The notes beneath the pieces are model-generated. The model was not told where the DNA came from, searched no databases, and was given only the letters and a program-made list of their open reading frames with translations. A stretch of DNA of 64,000 bases from Desulfomonilia bacterium (lineage in GTDB: Bacteria; Desulfobacterota; Desulfomonilia; UBA1062), in the NCBI GenBank assembly GCA_963664325.2, contig CAXXDQ010000008.1, forward strand, positions 96,001-160,000. The letters run 5' to 3'. A program made the position numbers and the translations under genes. Shown in pieces: positions 45,846 to 53,639 of the stretch. Position 1 is the stretch's first letter, and every line of letters begins with the position of its first letter.

Positions 45846-45912
45846 TGATAACGTGCCACGTAACCGGCTGGCGCGTTTTTTGCGCCAGTCCGAGTTGACG
45901 CGGTTGTTCTGG
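45846..45912 (-). repeat. Integron attC site (attC1)
   Basis: Minus strand CCAGAAC-5nt-CGTCAACT...GGTTACG-6nt-GTTATCA; imperfect hairpin with extra C. Confidence 0.75.
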
Positions 45913-46119
45913 CCTTTTTTCATGCCCTGGTGGCTACTGGTAGTTTCAATCGCTTGCTCAGCCTTCACCGTGATCTTGATCCTGGGTCTTGTAGTTGCCT
46001 CTATCGCGCCTTTAGTCCGGCCTGTATCGTAGCTCCGCGGCCGCGCCAGCAGATTTGGCGTCGTCCCTTCGGAATGGTTTTTGATTCTGGCCTTTGTCGT
46101 GGCCGCTATTTATGATTGG

Positions 46120-46181
46120 GCAGAAAGAGCCGGCTCAGCAGCGACGCGTTAGAGGCGACCGACTGAAGCCGAATATTAGCA
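46120..46181 (-). repeat. Degenerate attC site (attC2)
   Basis: Minus strand TGCTAAT-5nt-GCTTCAGT...GCTGAGC-6nt-TTTCTGC; both core boxes mutated; ~60 bp downstream of the preceding gene. Confidence 0.55.
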
Positions 46182-46239
46182 GATGTCATGTTTGGTTAAA
46201 CAACTTGATGATAATCACAGCATGATCCCTTTAGCTCTT

Positions 46240-46715
46240 TCAACCCCCGCCTATATCTTCGGCAACTTCGTCTGTCTTCTGCATTGCAGCTTCATAAATT
46301 AATCTATCCCTTGCATCAGCAAACTCGTAATAGAGATCTCGCGCGTATGTATCATCCATGTTTGGCAGTAAGTTAGTCGCGAAGATAGATGACTTCATTT
46401 CTATTTCTTTAGGGATAACGCCAGCAAAATACTCAGAAGGTTGCTTATTTGAAATCTTCTTGTTAGACGCAGAGGGCTGAAAACAGATATTGACCAGCCA
46501 ATTAATTTCATCAAACTTAAATCCTTTTTTAACTAGGAAGCTTCGGGGGAAGATATGATGATATTCTTTAGCGTTAAAGCAGGATAGCGCATCGCCAATA
46601 TTAATGCGGGCGCCATTCGTAAGATCTTGCGGGTGATTATCTGCCATTAATAATAGAGTTGCCTTTGACCACGGATCGTATCTAGACAAGGGTCTTTTGA
46701 AACTCCCTGGCTTTT
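46240..46715 (-). pseudogene. C-terminal fragment of a DUF262/GmrSD-type protein
   Basis: KEYHHIFP.SFL...N.C...ASSNKKISNK.PSEY; 5' part missing. Confidence 0.65.
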
Positions 46716-46724
46716 GCTAGCATT

Positions 46725-47369
46725 TTGAGTCAGCTTGCGAAAACTCGGTCAAAGTGGTGGGAAATCGCTGGTAATCCCGAAGAACCATTTATGGAGCCAG
46801 TACCTTTAGAAGAATATAAAGAATTTAAAAAATTATTTTACGAACACCAGCTTTTCTTTGACAGCGATTGCCTTTTAGCAATTGACTTGGCCATTAAAGC
46901 TATGACTGATTCCTTCCCCGCCTATGACTTTGACGGACCACTCCAAAAAAAAGAATGTTGGGAATCATATGAGCGGCTTGAGTATATTCGGGATCGCATG
47001 GCCCAAATATTCCAAGAAAAGATCGGAGTTACCTCTGCCAATCAAGCAAAATATGAAATAGCCCTTCTTGCTTTAATAAAATTGCTTAACTCATATCATT
47101 TCTCTATAATTGGACTACCAGTTACAGGTAATTTGAAATTATCCTACCGTGATGAGGCCCATGAAGCTGTGACGAAGGCTAAACAAAACATTGGTGAGCT
47201 AATTACCAAGGCAAAAGAATTTACAGAGTATTTATTAAAAGAAGGTTACTTTCATGAAGCATCAACAACGGCAGATAGATGTCTGGCAATATTAGAAAAT
47301 GATCAATTTAAATTACTATCCAACCAAGTCGCTCCACCCGATCGCGGGCCGCTGGCCCGCTCCGGGTGA
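46725..47369 (+). CDS. Hypothetical cassette protein, probably 5'-truncated
   Basis: 214-codon ORF without a good start/SD, ending inside attC3. Confidence 0.55.
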   Translation: MSQLAKTRSKWWEIAGNPEEPFMEPVPLEEYKEFKKLFYEHQLFFDSDCLLAIDLAIKAMTDSFPAYDFDGPLQKKECWESYERLEYIRDRMAQIFQEKIGVTSANQAKYEIALLALIKLLNSYHFSIIGLPVTGNLKLSYRDEAHEAVTKAKQNIGELITKAKEFTEYLLKEGYFHEASTTADRCLAILENDQFKLLSNQVAPPDRGPLARSG

Positions 47370-47383
47370 GCTTTTCGTTAGCC
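47318..47383 (+). repeat. Integron attC site (attC3)
   Basis: ATCCAAC...GCTCCACCCG...CGGGTGAGC...GTTAGCC; 66 bp; extrahelical C. Confidence 0.88.
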
Positions 47384-47418
47384 AGCCCACAAAAAAGTAA
47401 GCTTAATGGAGGAATGAA

Positions 47419-47668
47419 ATGATATTTGAAATCAAAGGCGGGAAACGGAATGGAGAACGCTTTGAGGCAGATTTTAAAGAAGGAACAAAGCTTTTTAAAA
47501 GAGGATATGTTACTGTGCATGATGTTGCCGCAGATGGATCAGTTATGACCTCAAAAGTTGTTAAGATAGAACCGGTTTTTGAGGCGCAACGAGATGAAGA
47601 GATAGTTGAACTCAAATAAGATAGAGACCAAGATTCCAATTACCGTAAAGACTAAACATAAAGAGTAG
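47419..47668 (+). CDS. Small hypothetical cassette protein (probable frameshift near 47615)
   Basis: SD GGAGG; the alternate frame continues KIETKIPITVKTKHKE to a TAG abutting attC4. Confidence 0.55.
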
Positions 47669-47739
47669 ACTAACCATACCTTGCACTCGGACGGCAATTC
47701 TGCTACACTCTATTACCGCCATTGAAAGCCACGTTAGGT
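47668..47739 (+). repeat. Integron attC site (attC4)
   Basis: GACTAAC...TTGCACTCGGACGGCAAT...ATTACCGCCATTGAA...GTTAGGT; inverse core matches upstream GTTAGCC at 6/7. Confidence 0.8.
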
Positions 47740-47769
47740 ATACTTAATCTTCTTTTTTAGGGAGGTGAT

Positions 47770-48156
47770 ATGAGCGATAATTATTATCAAGAAGAGGAGC
47801 ATCCAGATATATATGAAACCACCAGTATATCAAATGCTCTAACATTTCAGTTTGAAGTAGTACTTACACAAATTCATTCACAATTAGCATCAAGCAAAAT
47901 CATTGTAGTTATTCTCTCCATCTCATTGACTCTTTCCACAATACTGTTTCAAGTACAACCTTATTGGATTTTTAAATCAGAACTCATGAAATTTCTTCCA
48001 GCAACGTTAGTATTAATTATTTTCTGTCTGGTAAACACTCTACTGAGGGTGCTTAAACTTTTTGAAGCAGCCCGAGAAGGAAGGAAAGCTCTATTGAAGT
48101 TGAATCAAGCTAAAGAAGAAGTTCTCTTTTTCGTCAATAATAAGGGCACTCTATGA
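47770..48156 (+). CDS. Hypothetical 2-TM protein (cassette gene 1)
   Basis: SD GGAGGT ~25 bp after attC4; two hydrophobic segments. Confidence 0.75.
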   Translation: MSDNYYQEEEHPDIYETTSISNALTFQFEVVLTQIHSQLASSKIIVVILSISLTLSTILFQVQPYWIFKSELMKFLPATLVLIIFCLVNTLLRVLKLFEAAREGRKALLKLNQAKEEVLFFVNNKGTL

Positions 48157-48677
48157 ACAAGATGGATGCAGAGCTTAGGTCTTTGGTAGCTGTGAATAAA
48201 GAGGCCACTCATATACTAGCATCTATAATCCGATCCTCCAATACAGCTTCAAAACAGTCTAGTTCCACACTTATTGGAACTCTGGGTGGGTTCATCGGTA
48301 TGGGCGTATCTTATGCCTTAACTTTAATCGCACCGATATCTTTACCAGTCGTTAGCGTTTTCCTTACAGGTTTGGGTATTATTATTGCTTTATTGGTTCA
48401 TCGTGGTCCACGAAGATTGAATTTTGAGATGCGACTAGAAGAGAATAGAATCTTAACTGAAGAAATTCTCTCAAGAATAAAGAACTTGCCTAGAAATGCG
48501 CCACAGGAAGTGAAGGATGAGCTATGGCATACTTATCAAACTTTAAATTCTATGCTCGGAAATCAAAGCAAAGATCATCTAGCATTGCCAGCACCAGGAT
48601 CATCGTCAGTAAAAAAAGTGCGTCATAAAGCTATTACAGAGCAGGACAATACTAATAATTCAAAGGTTGATACCTAA
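48153..48677 (+). CDS. Hypothetical 2-TM protein (cassette gene 2)
   Basis: ATGA overlap with the upstream gene; TAA stop lies inside the attC5 inverse core ACCTAAC. Confidence 0.78.
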   Translation: MNKMDAELRSLVAVNKEATHILASIIRSSNTASKQSSSTLIGTLGGFIGMGVSYALTLIAPISLPVVSVFLTGLGIIIALLVHRGPRRLNFEMRLEENRILTEEILSRIKNLPRNAPQEVKDELWHTYQTLNSMLGNQSKDHLALPAPGSSSVKKVRHKAITEQDNTNNSKVDT

Positions 48678-48735
48678 CCAGCCCATCCAGATGGACGCGG
48701 GCTGCCGCCTGCGCTGCTGATGTGCATCGTTGTAG
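48672..48735 (+). repeat. Integron attC site (attC5)
   Basis: ACCTAAC (exact complement of GTTAGGT at the cassette start)...CATCCAG...CTGATG...GTTGTAG. Confidence 0.85.
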
Positions 48736-49064
48736 TCATCTCCGGAAGAGAGTTCTAGTCTAAAAGTAACAAATTGAAATTTATAGTTTTATCATGTTAT
48801 TAATAATTGAAATCGATCTGAAAATAACTCATTTCTTGAGCCTCTCACTGGCTGGTTTGTATTTAAGATATCATCGGAAGACCAAAAGCTATTCTAGTTT
48901 TTTAAAAATGAGGATTTATCCCAGCTATTTGTACTCAGGTTTATGCTTTGAGCGGTTATTGTTTATATATATTCTGTTTCTCAGTTATTGCTTAAGCAGT
49001 AATCATAGCAAAATAATAAGAACCTACCAGTTATGAGCCGAGAGCCACCACGGATACATTACAT

Positions 49065-49505
49065 CTAATCATGAGATTTTCTGTTCCTAATTTCATCAAT
49101 CATTTTCTTGATATCATTCTTAACTGTTGAGGCTATTTTGTTCATCTTCCAAGAAAAATGAAAGAATGCCATTGCCAGAAACAGGCTGCTTAATGCCGGA
49201 ACCCAACACCACAATAATCTTGGCTGTACAATGGTCTGTATAAAAAATCCTGGTATCATCCCCATGAAGAGATGTGCCCATTGTCTATAATGCTTGGCCA
49301 TCTCATCATATTGATTGAAACTGGTTTGAAGACTCTCAAGTTTTTCCAGTTCAGTGTCCATGACAATAAAACCGAGGATGGGTGGGGGGATAGGAATTTT
49401 AATAGGACGCTTTATTGTTAATTTGTTATCGTACATAGGGGTAGTAAGATTATTGTGTTGCCTGCTCAGAATAAGTTTACGATTGGATCTTTTGACATCT
49501 ATCAT
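49065..49505 (-). CDS. Hypothetical membrane protein, probable cassette gene
   Basis: SD GGGAGG; bracketed by GTTACAT (49616-49622) and ATGTAAT directly after the stop. Confidence 0.55.
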   Translation of the reverse strand: MIDVKRSNRKLILSRQHNNLTTPMYDNKLTIKRPIKIPIPPPILGFIVMDTELEKLESLQTSFNQYDEMAKHYRQWAHLFMGMIPGFFIQTIVQPRLLWCWVPALSSLFLAMAFFHFSWKMNKIASTVKNDIKKMIDEIRNRKSHD

Positions 49506-49692
49506 GTCCCACCTCCCTTTTTGGGAATTGGCTATGAACGCCACTCCAAAACGGTATGCAAGGTCTAAATCCCTTGACTCGGGGAGGAAGTTGGCTTAAG
49601 CAGAAAGTGATTTGAATGTAACGTTCTGTTATAAGCCGCCTTCCCGTCCCCGACCGGATCGGAAGGCGATTTCCTTCTTCTTTATAGACGAG

Positions 49693-50061
49693 GATATTTG
49701 ATGATCCGTCAAGGATATCGATCATCACTACATATTCGCCTTTTGGATAACCATCAGGAACAAGCACGACATCATCATCTTCCTCTGATGCCATAACGCA
49801 AACCTTGCCTATATAGCTGAGGGCATTTATAAAAGCCCTGTCGGCAAATACATCGAGCTTCTGCTGTTCGTCGCCAGTTATATTCTTTGCTCCAGCAGAA
49901 CCAAGAATATTTTCTGCAAGCCCCGCCTGCGAAACCTGTGCGGAAACCACCTTGGCAGCCAGGACTATCTGGGTCAACACCGAACTGAAATCCCCTGTTC
50001 CTCCGTAAAGCCTTTGCTCTTCTATTATATGCCTTTCAATAGTCATCAGGATGTCTTTCAT
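49693..50061 (-). pseudogene. fbp: Class I fructose-1,6-bisphosphatase, 3'-truncated
   Basis: GDEQQKLDV, MASEE, D(I)LDGSSNI, then abrupt loss of similarity. Confidence 0.88.
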
Positions 50062-50075
50062 TGATCAGCCTCCAC

Positions 50076-50981
50076 TTATGATTGTATGTTCATGCTCCTG
50101 GCAAGCCAGCCTGTCATCTGGTCAACAACCATTTTCAGAACATCCCTCGGCAGGAAATATTCGCCTGCATTTTCTGACATCCAGCTGGTAATCTCTTCAG
50201 ACGTCAACTCCGCGCTGTTTGTTCTCTTCAATGAATCTTCTATCATCGTCCGGGTCTCAACCGCCGCCTTAATCGATTTGGGAATAAAGGACCTTGCGTC
50301 CTCGCCGGTAAAAGCCCCGTAATGTTCTGCACCATGAAAATCCACACCGTATCCAGCCATTTTAACAAGGCTTGCCTGATACAGATCAAAGTTCGAGTTT
50401 GCAGCTGCAAAAACCAGTCCCCCGAAAGGAATGCCGCCTGCATCAGAGGCAAAGAGGGCTTTTAACTCGGGGACATAAACAGCCATCGAGCATGTGCTGT
50501 GGCCGGGCACCATCATGAATTCAAGTGTCAGGTCTCCGATTCTTCTGGTTTCACCCTCGTCCGGCATGTCATCAACAGGTATTGTATCGAAATCCAATCC
50601 CAGTTCATCTGCCCTATCTGCCAGACCGTTGTTCGAAAGCACCATACGATTAATACCTTTTATCGCATCTATAACAGCAGGCTTGGCAAGCTGAACGGCT
50701 CCTCTGGCTGAAGCCGTTATACTAACCCACGGCCATCGCTTTTTAAAATACGGAACAATGCCTACATGATCGAAGTGCGAGTGATGGATCACCAGACGGC
50801 TTATCGACTTTTCGTAAGTACCTGTATTAGCAATCTGGCTTTGAACGTCAGGAACGATATAAGTCATTCCTCCGCCGAGAATCGCATACTCCGTCCTACC
50901 GTCAAGAAGATAGACGCATGATTCCCTGCGGCCTAAAAGTGTTATTCGGTCGGTTACTTTTCCGGGAGTGTTAAATATCAT
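50076..50981 (-). CDS. Metallo-beta-lactamase-fold hydrolase
   Basis: HSHFDH, PGHS, ASD, EHYG. Confidence 0.88.
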   Translation of the reverse strand: MIFNTPGKVTDRITLLGRRESCVYLLDGRTEYAILGGGMTYIVPDVQSQIANTGTYEKSISRLVIHHSHFDHVGIVPYFKKRWPWVSITASARGAVQLAKPAVIDAIKGINRMVLSNNGLADRADELGLDFDTIPVDDMPDEGETRRIGDLTLEFMMVPGHSTCSMAVYVPELKALFASDAGGIPFGGLVFAAANSNFDLYQASLVKMAGYGVDFHGAEHYGAFTGEDARSFIPKSIKAAVETRTMIEDSLKRTNSAELTSEEITSWMSENAGEYFLPRDVLKMVVDQMTGWLARSMNIQS

Positions 50982-51068
50982 GACGGCCCCTAAATTAAAG
51001 TTTCATCATATCTTGTGAAGATTTTATATTTTAAAAATTTGCTTAGTGCGCCGACAAGATGCATTCGA

Positions 51069-51265
51069 TCAAGGAACCTGGGTAAAACCCTCTTCCTTTG
51101 CAAGCTCGTCAAAATCCAGCGTCAGAGCGTCCATTGTTTCCGCATCCGGTGAAATTTTATCCTTTGTATCAACGGCCTTGATATAATGGCCGCATTCCAT
51201 ACAGAAATATACCTTTACACCGTCAATGACTTCGACATCAAAAAAAGCTGGGTTTTTCATGGTTA
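51069..51265 (-). pseudogene. FdhE-like C-terminal fragment
   Basis: CMECGHYIKAVD...DALTLDFDELAKEEGF; N-terminus missing. Confidence 0.65.
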
Positions 51266-51764
51266 GTATTTCCACAATAAGTGCATTTAACCCTTGGGGA
51301 CCTCCATGAAAACCCATAGAATGTCTATTTGAGAACTCTCTGAGATTTTTTCAAATTCGACCTGTTGACGGAATATCGGTTTAGGCCTGTTTAAGTACTG
51401 CCGTGCTTATAATTACGAAGTGGTCAGCAAGCCACAGCCTCCCACAGCGATGATCCTTTGCGAGGCAATACAAACATCTTCACCTGGGCCTTGAGGGTGG
51501 GTAATACCTGTGGCGGTTATTTAATATCATGCCGGGGGTGCTAAACATAAAATATAAGCTTAGGCAATGAGGTTTGCTAAAATATTTCAGGGGAAGTGGG
51601 ATGAAGGTACTAATTCAGAAATGCCTACTTGTTATCAAAAGTTTCGCCAGAGAAACGGGACTGATTTCTTTCAAAACAAGCCTATGGGTGGGGGATAGTG
51701 TGGGGGACATACCTATGAAAATGAAAAAGGGTTAGGCAAATCTACCTAACCATTTGGAATTGTT

Positions 51765-51840
51765 TGGCGGTCCCAAGGGGATTCGAACCCCTGTTACCGG
51801 CGTGAGAGGCCAGCGTCCTAGACCCCTAGACGATGGGACC
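51765..51840 (-). tRNA. tRNA-Glu(CTC)
   Basis: GGTCCCA...CTGGC-CTCTCAC-GCCGG...GTTCGAATC...GGGACCGCCA; full cloverleaf with CCA. Confidence 0.97.
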
Positions 51841-51850
51841 ATAAAAAATT

Positions 51851-51924
51851 TGGCTGGGGGACCTGGATTTGAACCAAGATAGACGGAGTCAGAGTCCGTA
51901 GTCCTGCCGTTGGACGATCCCCCA
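51851..51924 (-). tRNA. tRNA-Gln(CTG)
   Basis: TGGGGGA...ACGGA-CTCTGAC-TCCGT...GTTCAAATC...CCCCCAGCCA. Confidence 0.96.
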
Positions 51925-51934
51925 GCGACAATTT

Positions 51935-51963
51935 CTTCTAGCGATTGACCTTTTTATTGTCAA
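51935..51963 (-). promoter_or_regulatory. Sigma70 promoter of the tRNA operon
   Basis: TTGACA-17bp-TAGAAG just upstream of tRNA-Gln. Confidence 0.6.
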
Positions 51964-52181
51964 GGTGTTTTTCCATTATCTTTCCCGCCTTTATGAAGGC
52001 GTTGCCTGCCTGCTTCTATTATCAGATTGGCTGCAAAAACACCTATAAAAATAAATACCCATGTCCCGGCCGATATATTGAGGTCTGGCTGGACTTTCCG
52101 GATGATGAAAGAGATCATAACCGAGGCTATGATTGATACTATCATTGATATGCTCAGGTACTGCCAGTCAATCTTTATCAT
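51960..52181 (-). CDS. Small 2-TM hypothetical protein
   Basis: 73-aa hydrophobic ORF with SD-like GAGG. Confidence 0.55.
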   Translation of the reverse strand: MIKIDWQYLSISMIVSIIASVMISFIIRKVQPDLNISAGTWVFIFIGVFAANLIIEAGRQRLHKGGKDNGKTP

Positions 52182-52288
52182 ATTAAAAATAACCTCGCTG
52201 TATACTTGTTTAAAACCCTTGAAAAATCTTGCAGCTGGTCTTGATATGATTATATTTATATTAAAAGATAACTTGTTGGGAAGGGAAA

Positions 52289-53275
52289 ATGCCGGCTAAT
52301 CTTTCACCTGATTATTATGAAGCAGAAAAACGATACAAAGAGGCAAAGACCAGCGAGGCGAGGATTGAAGCACTGCAGGAAATGCTTGCCGTCATTCCGA
52401 AGCATAAAGGGACAGACAAGATGCAGGCAGACCTCAAGCACCGCATCTCAAAGCTGAAGGAAGAATCCCAGAAGAAAAGGGGGGCGGTAAAACAAAAAAG
52501 CATATATTCAATTGACAAAGAAGGTGCTGCTCAGATTGTGATTATCGGGCCTCCGAATTCAGGAAAATCTTCCATTCTGGCCTCTCTGACAAATGCCGAA
52601 CCCGAGATTGCCCAGTTTCCGCATACGACGCATAAACCGCTGCCAGGCATGGCCTTGTTTGAAAACGTTCAGTTTCAGCTTATAGATACACCGCCGCTGA
52701 CAGCGGATTATATTGATCCTTTGATGATGGACATGATACGCCGCTCGGATATTGCAGCTATTGTGCTTGACATAAAATCAGATCTTATAAGCGAGATCGA
52801 GGAAATTCTGGAAATAATGGCTGAAAGCAGGATATTCCCTGAAGGCAGCGAAATACCGGACGGAACTCGCAGACCAGTTACCTTCAAAAAGACCATAATC
52901 CTGGTGAACAAGGTCGATAATGATTTGCTCATAGAAGATTTCAATACGTTTGTTGAACTTGTGGACTTGAAAATAACTGCAATTCCCATATCGATATTGA
53001 ACAGCATCAATCTGGACCTTTTTCTGAAAACGTTATTCGACCTGTCAGGCATCATGAGGATTTATTCGAAGTATCCCGGCAAGGATCCGGATTTGGATGA
53101 GCCGTTTGTAATCTCCAAGGGCAGTACGCTTGAGGAACTTGCCGGGAAGATTCACAAAGAATTTATTACAAAGCTCAAATTTGCACGGGTATGGGGAAAA
53201 TCGGCACATGACGGGCAGATGATACAGCATGACCATGTTTTACAGGATGGAGATATAGTGGAACTTCATATTTAG
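52289..53275 (+). CDS. DRG-like GTP-binding protein with TGS domain
   Basis: IPKHKGT, GPPNSGKS, FPHTT, DTP, NKVD, C-terminal TGS (HVLQDGDIVELH). Confidence 0.88.
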   Translation: MPANLSPDYYEAEKRYKEAKTSEARIEALQEMLAVIPKHKGTDKMQADLKHRISKLKEESQKKRGAVKQKSIYSIDKEGAAQIVIIGPPNSGKSSILASLTNAEPEIAQFPHTTHKPLPGMALFENVQFQLIDTPPLTADYIDPLMMDMIRRSDIAAIVLDIKSDLISEIEEILEIMAESRIFPEGSEIPDGTRRPVTFKKTIILVNKVDNDLLIEDFNTFVELVDLKITAIPISILNSINLDLFLKTLFDLSGIMRIYSKYPGKDPDLDEPFVISKGSTLEELAGKIHKEFITKLKFARVWGKSAHDGQMIQHDHVLQDGDIVELHI

Positions 53276-53639
53276 AGGAAATCCTGCCTGGATAAAAATG
53301 ATGCCGTTCAGGTAAATTATAGAACCTTCCGGCGGTTTTGTTGCAATATCGGAACCGTGGGGATGCATAGTATGTTAATCCCGTGAAGAGAAAGCCGCTT
53401 GAACCGCCCATTCAGGATGAGTCAGCATGTGCCTTTTAACTTGGATATGCTTTCAGTGAAAATCAGCGGAATGCCTGAAATGCAAACCTGCTCTCCGGTA
53501 TAATCTGAAGGGGTTGGAATCCCGGAACAGTCAAATATATATTTTTGGTTAATTGTCCCCTTTTTGTTTGACAGGGGGGGGTTCTTATCTTATATGACGC
53601 CTACCAAAAACAATATCACGGAGGCCCCGATAAGCAGAG

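Larger units (their letters stand above)
39774..51812. mobile_element. ~12 kb integrative element (phage-satellite-like) in tRNA-Glu
   Basis: 52-bp direct repeats, tyrosine integrase beside one att, xis/rep/terS-like genes, AT-rich cargo. Confidence 0.93.

Noticed and set aside
45913-46119. Protein-coding gene within the attC2-attC1 cassette
   Set aside because: Only short ORFs without SD; treated as an ORF-less or decayed cassette.
53280-53560. Possible riboswitch leader before potABCD
   Set aside because: No recognisable family motif or convincing nested structure.
53560-53606. Fluoride riboswitch-like 3' motif TGACGCCTAC upstream of potA
   Set aside because: The 5' GGCGATGG/AGTTCGCC part is absent; the region reads better as a TTGACA promoter.
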